A stretch of DNA of 64,000 nucleotides. Origin: Tubiluchus corallicola. Lineage: Eukaryota > Animalia > Priapulida. Under the pieces are notes generated by a model. That model made no database searches, was not told the DNA's origin, and was given only the letters and a program-made list of their open reading frames with translations. The translations under genes and the position numbers were made by a program. Numbering within the stretch: position 1 is the first letter of the stretch; every line of letters begins with the position of its first letter. The DNA is taken from contig JAQGDQ010000140.1 of NCBI GenBank assembly GCA_030141605.1, positions 124,001 to 188,000 on the forward strand, read 5' to 3'. Below, piece after piece: positions 13,901-24,100 of this stretch.

Positions 13901-14002
13901 ACCATACGTTCCTCTGCCACGACCTTTTCTTCGACCCCGCCAGTTATAATCTGATTTCCTCTGGAAATTTCTGTCTTTGCCTCTTCTAAAATCATCCGAC
14001 AT
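728..14002 (-). CDS. Multi-exon gene for an uncharacterised ~1,170-aa low-complexity protein with two U1/matrin-type C2H2 zinc fingers, RG-rich N-terminus and RS/RD/His-rich regions (putative nuclear RNA-binding protein)
   Basis: Phase-consistent GT-AG exons on minus: 14002-13817 (ATG, MSDDFRRGK...RGRGTYGGRSR), 13566-13226, 12049-11987, 11035-10954, 9846-9782, 8965-7502, 5922-5853, 4961-4927, 3814-2680, and a tentative last exon 811-728. Splicing yields FCHKCLVPFADRESQEYHMKSEEH and FCSVCRIKFASRKEILAHRTTPQH (both C-x2-C-x12-H-x5-H). The large exons match ORFs 7498-8706 and 2647-3708. The last exon is uncertain. Confidence 0.75.
910..1589. mobile_element. Tc1/mariner (pogo/Tigger-type) MITE
   Basis: Imperfect TIRs CAGGAAGTCCTTGTTTA / TAAGCGAGGACTTACTG, TA on the right flank. 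Confidence 0.65.
2680..3814 (-). CDS. Large internal exon of the zinc-finger gene (end of ZnF2, Thr/Pro/Ser-rich segment, SRDHSK-type repeats)
   Basis: Acceptor tttcag at 3815-3816 and donor AAG|gtagg at 2679-2678; includes the 353-aa ORF. Confidence 0.85.
3911..4510. mobile_element. Kolobok-like MITE
   Basis: ttaa-AGGAAAACAG ... CTGTTTTCCT-tcaa. The right end resembles 39807-39975, which ends ctgtcttcct-ttaa. Confidence 0.55.
5377..5795. mobile_element. Tc1/mariner (pogo-type) MITE
   Basis: TA-CAGTAGGCGCCGCTTAATA ... TATTAAGTGCACCTACTG-TA. Confidence 0.75.
6043..6440. mobile_element. MITE-like element with subterminal aaaaaagtcac repeats and internal TAACCC-like repeats
   Basis: GGTAATAAAGTCA ... 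TGACTTTATTATC inverted termini; repeated aaagtcacag units; taaccctaac...taaccctaa near 6142-6168. Confidence 0.5.
7502..8965 (-). CDS. Large internal exon of the zinc-finger gene (Arg/Asp/Ser-rich, then Lys/Glu-rich)
   Basis: Acceptor ttttag at 8966-8967 and donor GG|gtaag at 7501-7500; open frame throughout; includes the 402-aa ORF. Confidence 0.85.
10194..10690. mobile_element. Tc2/pogo-type MITE
   Basis: TA-CCGTATATACTCGCATATAAGCC ... GGCTTATATGCGAGTATATACGG-TA, perfect TIRs with internal ggtcggcttata repeats. Confidence 0.85.
10859..10943. repeat. (TG)n microsatellite
   Basis: Direct observation. Confidence 0.95.
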
Positions 14003-14179
14003 GCTCTCAAGATGTATGTTGAGTATGTTTGTTGCTGTGAAAGAAAATAAGTATGAAAATAACTTTAGGAACATGTCATTCACGCATTTTCCTTTATTTT
14101 TAGTCAGGTCATTGACATCAATAGGTTCAAACTAAAAACAAACAGTCATACTTGCTTATAAATTGTATTAATCAGATTA

Positions 14180-14500
14180 GTTGTTATTACAAACCCAGCC
14201 ACTGGGGCAGCAATCCAGCTGAACTCCCGGTCCTAGGCCCAGGTAAATGGGGAGGGTAGTCAGGATAGGACTAGCAACCCACGTGCGTAAAATACCTCTT
14301 ATGCTCAAGAAACACATGTGAACCAAGACAGGGGTTCACCAGCTGACAGATAATATATCCACCAGGCAGACTGGTGAGAAAGTTGTTAATACTGAAGGGC
14401 ACGAAGTAGGCCACTAGCTCATGTAGGGCAGTTGCGCTAAATTTGCAGAAAACAAGTGCTACACATGGGAAGCCCAAGCAGCCCACCGGTGATTTCTCTC
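14180..14500 (+). mobile_element. 5' UTR fragment of an RTE-type LINE or RTE-derived SINE
   Basis: GC-richer insert beginning with the twister-like motif and followed by ggactagcaacccacgtgcgtaaaa, which resembles the gggctagcaaccccaccccgtaaaa motif of RTE 5' UTRs. No ORF remains. Confidence 0.45.
14186..14260 (+). ncRNA. Twister ribozyme-like motif (type P1 with P3 hairpin), probably degenerate
   Basis: AUUA-CAAA-CCCA-GC-[P3 CACUGG...CCAGCUG]-CCGG-UCCUAGGC-CCAG-GUAAA-UGGG-GAGGG-UAGU follows the known twister order (compare rice Osa-1-4 CCGGUCCCAAGCCCGGAUAAAAGUGGAGGG). Deviations: AAGC to AGGC in L4, a C-A mismatch in P4, one extra nucleotide in L1. Confidence 0.55.
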
Positions 14501-14759
14501 ACTCTTTTAACTTTACATCGAGAAGAGGTAGTGAAACGAATCACCTGTCTGTGAAGCGAGACAAAATAAAAAGCGATATACTTTAACCAAATGTTGAAAT
14601 TGCCTAAAAAGCAGGCTCACCTCAAAAAATTAATCTCGAAGCCAAATTTAATACTGCTCATTGGACGAGATCAGAATAAGATTATTTTATTTTACCAGAT
14701 GTATAATAAATTATTTAAAGTATATTAATATTTTCATTTATTATTATTAAATAAACAAG

Positions 14760-15480
14760 GACAACGGACGCTGCCACTAAGGTTAACTGGGCTCAATTCA
14801 TGACTTGTCTCAAGTTACCTACTTGGTCAGCCCATATATGGCGCGTCCTACTTGAGATAGCTCAAGTATGGCATTTGCCCAACTTCGGCTAGTATCCTAT
14901 TCCGCTCCGACAATTACTAACTAATTTCTACCAACCTCATCAGTGTCAGTGAGCTACTAATTCAGTCAATTACCGCCATATACATGTAGCCTTGAAGGAG
15001 ACGCACGAAATCTAGGCCTAATGTCAAGACTTACGATAGCCTACAATAAAAAATGGTTAGATTAGTTGTAAAGCACAAGATTAGGACGAAACCATGAATG
15101 TTGCCGGAATGACAACAGGCTACCAGCATTATTTCGTTGTACAGATTTTTTTATTCAGACTTTCACCTCGTGCAAAACTACAATCACAGAAACACTAAAA
15201 CAGGTTAAGGAAAATACTCGCGACATCTGGTGTTGAGTTAAAAAAACTAAAGAGTAGAAATTTAAAAGATTCTGCATATTGGTGAAAACCACATGATGAA
15301 AAAAACGTGAAAATTGACGAATTAGGCTCCCCTGGCGAAATATTAGAAGCGTGGAAAGGGTAACAATTTTTTTTATTGGAGATTCTAGTCTGCTATTTGC
15401 GTAGACCGTCAATTTTTCTTTAAACCTATTTGCTTTTTAGATACCAAATCGAGTACTTTTAATTTATTGTGCTGAGGTTT
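14760..15480. promoter_or_regulatory. Putative bidirectional promoter region between the zinc-finger gene (-) and CHCHD4 (+)
   Basis: Head-to-head start codons 2 kb apart, each preceded by an acceptor (14035-14036 minus; 15961-15962 plus). Local CpG enrichment; candidate first-exon donors near 15166 (-) and 15477 (+). Confidence 0.5.
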
Positions 15481-16001
15481 TTCCAATCCAAGCTGTCGTT
15501 AATAAAATTATGATTAAACTTATCACCAAAATTGTCGTTCTACTATAAGACAGTGTGTAGTAAAAATATATTTAGCATATTTAAGCTGATTTAGCATAAA
15601 TTCACATTTTCTTTAACTCAACTGTCCTATTAATTGTTTCTGTATTCGGTATTTGATTTTACTAGTGATTGTTACCTATTTTATTAAGCCTATATAGATT
15701 ACTCAGTGTCATCTTTAAGACATACTGAACTGGCGCAGTTATTGTGTTGCATCTTCGAGCCTGCCTTTGAGATTTGCTGTTCATATGTGTAATTGATAGA
15801 GAAGCAGTTATTGCACTGCATCTTCTAGTCTGCCTTTGAGGTTTGCTGCTCTTCTGTTCATATGTGTAACTGATAGAGAAAAAACTATGATGTCTGATTC
15901 TTGCTGTAGTTTTTTTAATGCTGTTATTCTAGTATTTAATTTTATTGCAATAGGTTTAATAGGTGGCATTTAGTGGCACCAACTGTTATCTGCTGAGAAA
16001 C

Positions 16002-17937
16002 ATGTCCTACTGCCGAAAAGAAGGTAGGGCCATGGTGACTTTTTGCATTTATATTATCACAAAAATTGTTTGCAACTTAAAATCATTAAGAACTTCTTAG
16101 TTCCTCTAAAGCCTATAAGTGCATTAAGAAATTCAGATACAGGAAAAAGTTGTATGATATGAATAATATTTTTGATACATGTTATAAATGATAAATATTT
16201 TGTATTTCTTAATTTTTTGCATAAGCATAAAATTGTATCCAAATTTGACAAATTAACCGTAAAGCTTTACAATTTGTGATTTTATTACAAGGTTATAAGT
16301 GTAATAGTGTGTTGTCGAATAAGAAACGTGGAATCTGTCTACTGTTATAGATAAACCTATTTGTTGGTTCAGAGTGTGGTAGGGTGGGTAAAGATGGAAA
16401 CAGTGTACATAGACATTTCATTATAAAGGTTAAGAGAACAATGAGAATCTTGTATAACACTGATGCTTCAAATTCTGGTAAATATCATGTAGTAAATTAA
16501 ATGTTTCATGTTTTAGGGAAAGACATTATTATGTTTGTGACAAGAGAAGATCATGAGCAACCAACAACAGCAGATATTGGCATCTCCATAGATGATCTTG
16601 ATGATGAACCAGGTGATATAAACCTCTGAAGCAAAATTCTTTCTGTTGTAGCATTTATAGTTTTACACACTATGCAATCTAATAAATATTCTTATTAGAT
16701 TTCTTATTTGTACCATAGACGCTACTCGGCATAAATTGATGCTGTGACTGTGTCTCAGATTGTTGTTCTGATTATATCTCAGATTGCTGCTCTGCTTTTA
16801 TCATCGAATCTACTTTGATTACATCACAAATTGCTGCTGTGATTTTGTCATAGATTGCTGCTCTGCTTATATTGTAGATTCTGCTGAGATTAATTGTATC
16901 ATAGATTCTACTCTGATTGTATCATAAATTGCCACTGTGATTGTATCATATGTTACTGCAGTGATTGGATTATAGATCATTGTTGTAAGCGCATCGTAGA
17001 TTGTTGGTGTGGCTTTATCATATCATAGATTTGTACTATGATTCTGCAATTGATTGGTGCTGTGATTGTGTCATACATTGCTGCTATGATTGTGTAATAA
17101 ATTGTTGTTGTGATTGTATCGTAGATTGCTGCTGTGATTGTGTCATACATTGCTGCTATGATTGTGTAATAAATTGTTGTTGTGATTGTATCGTAGATTG
17201 CTGCTGTGACTGTGTTATACATTGCTGCTATCATTGTGTAGTAGATTGCTGCTATGACTTTATACTAGATTGTTACTATGTGTGCGTAATTGATTGGTAT
17301 TGTAGTTATGCCATAAACTGCTGCTATGATTATATCATAAATTGTTGCTCTAATTGCACCATAGATTGCTGGCTCGAGAGTATTATAACTGTTTGCTTGT
17401 ATCACAGTTGCTGCTGTGTTTCATATGCTGCTGTTCTGATTGTATCATAGAATCCCACTTTGATTTAATAACTGTTTTCATGAAATAAATGAAATTTCAC
17501 GCAAGCAATATTTTTGCAATAGCAAGTGTAGCACACGAGCTGCTCTGTTGTAGTTATTTTACAATCATTGTTATTGTTTTAATGTAGGGCTCATATTGCC
17601 AAACGGGGAAATCAATTGGAGCTGTCCATGTTTGGGAGGAATGGCAACCGGTCCATGCGGTGTCCCTTTCAGAGAGGCGTTCTCTTGTTTTCATTATAGC
17701 AAAGAGGAAATAAAGGGCAGCGATTGCACGGAGCAGTTTCGTAAAATGCACGAATGCATGATGAAGTACCCTGAATTATACAAAGATTATAGCAAAGAAG
17801 ATGATGACGACGACGACGATGATGATGAGTATGAGGACGGCAACAAAATCAATGAGCAAACAGGTGACAGTGAAAAAACTGAAAAAAGTTCTCAAGAAAG
17901 TAAAGAATCTACACAAAGTCCGGGTAAAGAAAGCTGA
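16002..17937 (+). CDS. CHCHD4: Mitochondrial intermembrane space import and assembly protein 40 (MIA40/CHCHD4)
   Basis: Exons 16002-16023 (MSYCRKE-G), 16517-16612 ([15 protein letters not shown]...) and 17588-17937 ([65 protein letters not shown]). Redox CPC motif, twin CX9C and acidic tail as in human CHCHD4. An acceptor at 15961-15962 implies an upstream 5'UTR exon. Confidence 0.97.
16736..17450. repeat. Degenerate 24-bp minisatellite with a 72-bp higher-order block, in a CHCHD4 intron
   Basis: Unit approximately tgctgtgattgtatcatagattgc. Confidence 0.85.
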
Positions 17938-18835
17938 AACTTGTGAATTTTAGTAAATTACCTTTCTTTCGACCGGTGCTTTTATAGACTTAAGATTATC
18001 GTAGAACATAGCCAATTAGAGACAGATTTATAATTGCTGTAGAACATAGCCAATGACAGACAGACATATTTTAATGTAGTAATATAGCTAATGAGAGATA
18101 GTGTTACACAAATTTGAGCTACGTCATGTAGTAATTGGTGAAGTTACAGTTAGCTGCACACGGCTACAGTTAATTATATAATTAAGAGATTAGACTTTTT
18201 ATCAAACAGCAAATAAGCTATGCACGAGCTGTTTATCCTGCTAAATTATGTTTGCCTACTTCTACCTCAAAATCTACACTGACTTGTCATTTAGCACAGT
18301 AATACATGCATAGCCTTGTTAGCTAGATTAGTTGCTTTCGCTGTAAAATCTATAATTTATCGTTTCATAGCCAGCACATTGTTGCCGTCCGAGTTTTATG
18401 AACCCATTCCACAGAAATGGGTGACCTTGGTGGTCGTGTGTGCACCTTACTGTGTACCTACAGATTATAAGAACAAGTCTGGCGCATAAGACTGGTAAAA
18501 GCGTCTTTTTTATTGTGAATTTGTGGGGGTCAGTGTGAAGTTACGACTGTCATTAAGAAGTGTGGGCGTTACAGATTTATATTGAACCATTTGTATATTA
18601 TCATGTATCATGTATACTAAATCATATTACAGCAACTATTGGTACTAGTATTACTGCTAGGTATTAATTGCCTCTGTTGCACCAAACATCACTTAAGTAA
18701 AGTTCTGTTGAGTAGTGTACTAAATTGTGAAAAGGTTTATAAATTGACTTGCATAGCTTTTCGTTTTAATTAGAGTCGAGCACGTTTGCTGCAATATGCA
18801 ATTAGGTTTGAGAAAAGGAACACGCAGACGTTGTA

Positions 18836-19324
18836 CAGTAAACTCCGCATAACCCAAAATCGCATAACTCAAATTTTCGCCCAACTCAAAGAATTTCAGC
18901 GGAATGGATAAAAACCTCCGTTTTTCCTACAAAGAAACGTCGCTTAACTCGAATAAAAAGTTATGGTCCATTTAATCAAAATACATGTAATTTACTTTGC
19001 CAAACTCAAAAATGTAATTTATACTCTAGAAAAATAGAAAGTTGTGTGCAACCAAAAACAGTATCGTCTTCTGGGAATATTCTGATGTGTGACAAGTTAT
19101 TTTCTCCGGGAAAGTCTCAGTCAAGCACGGACTTGTTGCAGATGACGAGAACTGAATGCTTGACGGAGATTGTGTAAATAATTGAACTACGCACAAACTG
19201 AACTGCAGTACGTAAGACATTGGTACCCTATTGTAATATTGCTAACAGTGTTGTGTAGCTCAACAGCACCTAACTCGAAGTTTTTTTTCGGTCCGGTTAT
19301 TTTTGAGTTATGGGGAGTTTACTG
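18836..19324. mobile_element. Tc1/mariner (Tigger-type) MITE
   Basis: TA-CAGTAAACTCCGCATAAC ... GTTATGGGGAGTTTACTG-TA. Confidence 0.8.
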
Positions 19325-19432
19325 TACCTGCAAATTAGATCAAGATGTTGGTTTATTTGTCGCGTTTTAATTGTTATGTGTAAAATTCAGTGTAAATAGC
19401 TATAAAATAGCCATTTTGTTGTATTGCACAGA

Positions 19433-21086
19433 TTTAAAAGCTGTTCGTTAATTGGAAAGTACTGATTGTATCTTAAAATTATGCTTTTTGATTAGGCATT
19501 AAATTTAAAACTTAAGTTGCATTTTGCTGTTTCTATGATGTAAAGTGTTCCCTCACTTATTGAGGGCATTCCGTTCCAGGCCCACCCGCGATAAGTGAAT
19601 TTCCGTGAAGTAGGGATGCTATACTTATTTAATACTTACACGTTTGGGTGGCATCGTAGGGCTTGAATAAATTCAGTCTCTAATGAAATTTTCACAAATC
19701 TTCACAAGAAAGCAAGCTGCACGGTACCTGAATCAATCAGCAACTGGGACACAGAACAGCATTCTCTGGTTGGTCGCTTTCCATCAATCAACCAATCGTG
19801 TGTTGTGTACAATCTCACATCAAGTTGCATCTCAAGCGGGCGCAAGTCCTACGTTTCGTTTTTGGTGTGTATTCGTCCGCCGAATAAATACATTATTTAC
19901 TATAAATGGTAATTTTTTTGATTTATAATATTCTTTGAAAACCAGCGAAACAGTGAGTCCGCGATAAACAAACCGCGAAGTGGCAAAGGAACACTGTATA
20001 TCAAAACAATGGAGCAAAAAATTATATCATACTCATCTGTAGATTATGTGGTGGCAATCTATAGAGAAAATTTTATCTATTAACAGATATACAGCATATG
20101 GAGAATGTTACAGTGTATTAATGTTTTTATATACAGTAAAAACCTCTTTATATACTTTGAGCCTGCAAAAAAGTTGGCGTTAAACAAGTTTGACATTAAA
20201 AACGTCGAGGCATTATAACAAGGTTGCACTGATTGTGTCTTAAAATTATGCCTTTTTGACTATGCATTAAATTTAAAACGTAAATGTATAAGCTGCTTGT
20301 ATGTGTATAACAAAAGAATAGAGCAAAAAATATAATGTGCTTGTCTACAGAAGCATAGATTCTGTAGCTAATGATCTCTGGCAATCTGTACACAAAATTT
20401 CATCTGTTAACAGTTGTACAGTGCATGGAGAATGTTACTGTGTATCACTGTTTTTGTATACAGTCGAACCTTTTTATATCACCTACTTTGGGGTGATAAC
20501 AAACTGCACTAAAACACATATGTATGCAAAAATGTACATTTTTCTACTTTTTCTGTTTTGTAAAAATTTGGGTGTTAAACGAGGTTGGCATCTAAAGGTG
20601 GGGGGGGGGGCATTATAACGAGATTTGACTGTACATGTGATTGGTCAGTTTTGTGTACATAAGCAGATTCGAAAAAGCTGAAATTTGGCTTGGTTTGAGT
20701 TAGGAAGTCTCAAATCCGATTCATATTCCAGAAAATTTTCACCCCTACTTTAAAAGTTTATTCACAGGACTAGGTAGTCTGAAACATGCCTCCACTTCTT
20801 TAATGTCAAACTTGTTTAACGCCAACTTTTTGCAGGCTCGTACTGTATATAAAAACATTAATACAATGTAACATTCTCCATATACTGTATATCTGTTAAT
20901 AGATAAAATTTTGTCAACAGATTGCCACCACATAATCTACAGATCAGCATATAATTTTTGCTCCATTGTTTTGATATACATCATAGAAACAGCAAAATAG
21001 AACTGAAGTTTTAAATTTAATGTCTAATCAAAAAGCATAATTTTAAGATACAATCAGTACTTCGCAATTAACGAACAGCTTTTAAA
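19433..21086. repeat. Inverted duplication (~300-bp arms) with an extra diverged direct copy in the spacer
   Basis: 19433-19542 plus 19997-20200 is the reverse complement of about 20799-21086; a diverged direct copy lies at about 20229-20480. Confidence 0.85.
19543..19996. mobile_element. Tc1/mariner (Tigger-type) MITE with visible empty site
   Basis: TA-aAGTGTTCCCTCAC ... GGCAAAGGAACACTG-TA. The inverted paralog near 20970-20988 has a single TA at this position. Confidence 0.8.
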
Positions 21087-21495
21087 TTCCATGTTGCAAT
21101 TAATTTCATGAATTGTTAATCATGATATGAAAATCAGAACTAACCACGGGAGCATATAGCTGTTATTCCTCGAGCGAAAAAAAAATGTTTGTGTCAACTG
21201 CTATTCTGTGTATTACTTGCAATAAGCTACATTTTTGTCACTTTTAGTTTACCCAAAGGTTAAATAAAAATGTAAACTGTCAGTTTTTATTCAACACGTT
21301 TTATTTTACAGAGAAAAAACATCAACAGGTCAATTATTGTTTACATAATACATCAACAGAGATAAATGTTTACTCTAATTATGATGAAGCAAACTACAGG
21401 AATGTTGAAAATTTCAAGAACCTTGGAATTGTCGATCGGTAATTTACATTCGTTTGTTGTAGACACTCGCTGAAAAATATTTGAATCTAACCTAG

Positions 21496-21605
21496 TTCAG
21501 ACTAGCGAGTTTTCTGTCGCAATCTCTGAGAGTAGACTTGCAAGTGTGAACTTCTATGCAAGTTATTGCAAACTCTCCAACAGCAGGAAAACTCGCTAGT
21601 CTGAT
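21496..21605. mobile_element. Small palindromic MITE-like element
   Basis: CAGACTAGCGAGTTTT ... AAAACTCGCTAGTCTG inverted termini about 110 bp apart. Confidence 0.6.
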
Positions 21606-22890
21606 CGCACTGTAACTTTGATAAATTGTACTACCTCGGCAATGTATGCAAAAAGGCACTGTTATTTCTTAACTTTATAAAAGTATTGTCCTCGGAAATC
21701 AATGCAAAATCACCAAATCCATAATATTACTCATTTAAAGCGCTGGCATTGATGCCAAAATTAATTTTCTACTGCTGTTGCTTTCTTCTTTTAATGAATT
21801 TATTTAATTTGAGTTTCATAGTGTTATCCGAAAGGCTCCAAAATGCCTAATTTATTTTTCACACTTGCGCTTCTGAAATTTGTACAAACAAGCAACACAC
21901 ACATTCTACTCAACAACTCGTTTCTCTGCAGCAACTAAACTTATTTGCAACATGACAAAAAAATTCATTCTTACAATCCTAGAAAAACAGGAAAATACAG
22001 ATTCGTGAGTATTGTCAGTGCCTGCAAGATTCCTTAAATGAACTACAATATTCCGACTCGTAAATTAGCCAGTTATAAGGAACCGAGTCACTGACATACC
22101 ATTCGCGTTCAGCAAGCTAAGATTCACAAAAATATGTCAACAAAAACACGGCTGTCCTCATTAACATTGTTATTAGCTACAGCTTACACCCATATGTTGA
22201 CAAAACACACAAAAATTATATGTACATGTATATAATATTACATTTCACAAATGCTCTGTGTCATTCAAGTTAGCGGATAAATATTTTGTAGTAAAATTTA
22301 GTCTATTACCATAAAGTGAAATTAATAAAACAAGCAAACACTTTAACAACTATCTCAAAATTAATTTGAGACTTTGGAATTTGATTAAAGTAAGGCATAT
22401 TACCTCATGATACATATAATACATTTAATATCTAATTATAAATATTTGTATTTATAACTAACCACATAAAGTAACTGACAGACTTTTTTTGAAAAATCAC
22501 CACATTAATCAATGTCAAAGTACTTAGGGTTCATAAACAACAAATAAAAATAATAATAATCTAAACAAAACCTAACAAAAAAATTAACACTTATAGTTAA
22601 GTTTATAACTATGTTTCTGGCACCAAAATTGACTAGAAAACCTTTGCTTCATACCTGTCCCAATAAATATAAATCGCAGTGGCTATTTTTTGATATTGCA
22701 AACATAAAATCAACAGTGTATCATTCACACAACTCAAAAAATGGAAAACGATTTCCGGCTTGCTATCATTTTGCTGAACAGGAGCCAATTATATACAATT
22801 CATCTTATTATGTGTAACATTCGTTGAGTGTTTTTACTCTCCATACTTATTATTAGTGTATCAGCCATCTTGGCTTGATTTTTGTCAGTA

Positions 22891-23450
22891 CAGTGGACTC
22901 TCGTTACAAGAATCACACGTATAAGAATCAGCTCAATATAAGAATCAAAATCGCGTTTCCCGAATTGAATCGGCATTTTCCTAGTGAAAATCCGCTCGTA
23001 TAAGAATCACCCTTCCTTCGATAGTAGAATCAATTTTGGCGCCGGGAGCTGGTTGGGAGCCGAAATTGACCGCCTCACCAGAGGAGAAATGAAGCAAAGC
23101 AAGCTATCGATATTTTTCAAGCAGTAGATGTAGAGTTTTCTGTAGTCTCCAGCACAATTTCGGAAAAAAAATTATGTGCATTAAAAAAATTTTAAGGCAA
23201 TTCTGGCATCATGAAATATTTACCCAACCATGAAATAAAAACATTAGTCTAGGAATTTTTAGGTCCTTTTTAGGCCAGAAAAACATTATGCTGTTTCATG
23301 TCGTTTCTAGCGCAATTTCGGGAAATAAATAATTTTTATGTGCATAAAAAATTTTTAAAGCAATTCTGGGTCATGCTCGTTATAAGAATCGCTCGTTATA
23401 AGAATCACTTTGCCTTCTCCCGAGGTGATTCTTATAACGAGAGTCCACTG
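22891..23450. mobile_element. Young Tc1/mariner-type MITE, copy 1
   Basis: TA-CAGTGGACTCTCGTTACAAGAATCAC ... GTGATTCTTATAACGAGAGTCCACTG-TA; near-identical copy at 29378-29933. Confidence 0.92.
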
Positions 23451-24100
23451 TATAATAAAAAATAACCAAGATGGCCGATACATAATAATAAGTACGGAGA
23501 GTAAAAACACTCAAACAAATATTACACCATGACATGGAATGAAACTAATCTAAGGACAATGTGGGGTAAATTGTCAAGGGTATTATGCACACATTTTCTA
23601 TGCCACTAGTTTTAGCTATATAATACCTATGTTAAACTACAAGTAATAATACATAAATTACAAATTACTGACTAAAGCTAGTTTCATAAATTCACACCTG
23701 TAAATCTGTTATAATTTACACCTGAATGTGAGTAAAATTACCCAGCAACCACGAAAAGTTTTGTTTTTGATGGCTTGAACTCAGATCTTTTGGACAGCTG
23801 TGCTCGTCACAACATCACATAGAAATTTAATTTCTAACAAACTGAAATTTACTAATAAATTTAGTAAAATTTTAAAAGAATTTGCTAATAATAGGGTAAA
23901 AAATACTTCAGATCTTCCACAAGCTTAGGAAGCTTTATTCAGAAAATGACACCTTTAACATTTATTTGATGTCAACAAAATAAATATTACAATATGCCGA
24001 CATGCAGTAAGAATAACGTGTTTGGCAACGTTGTGTCTCATGATGTGAATGGTCCAGGAGTTCTAAAGCTGAAGGTTTCCCTTATTGCCAATTTTTATTT

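Noticed and set aside
14905-14960. Hammerhead-like CUGAUGA...GAAA on the minus strand
   Set aside because: Stem II does not pair, and the NUH triplet cannot be put in register with stem I.
17001-17450. 149-aa Cys-rich metallothionein-like ORF ([12 protein letters not shown]...)
   Set aside because: Translation of the 24-bp intronic minisatellite, non-ATG start, and the CHCHD4 exons splice cleanly across it.
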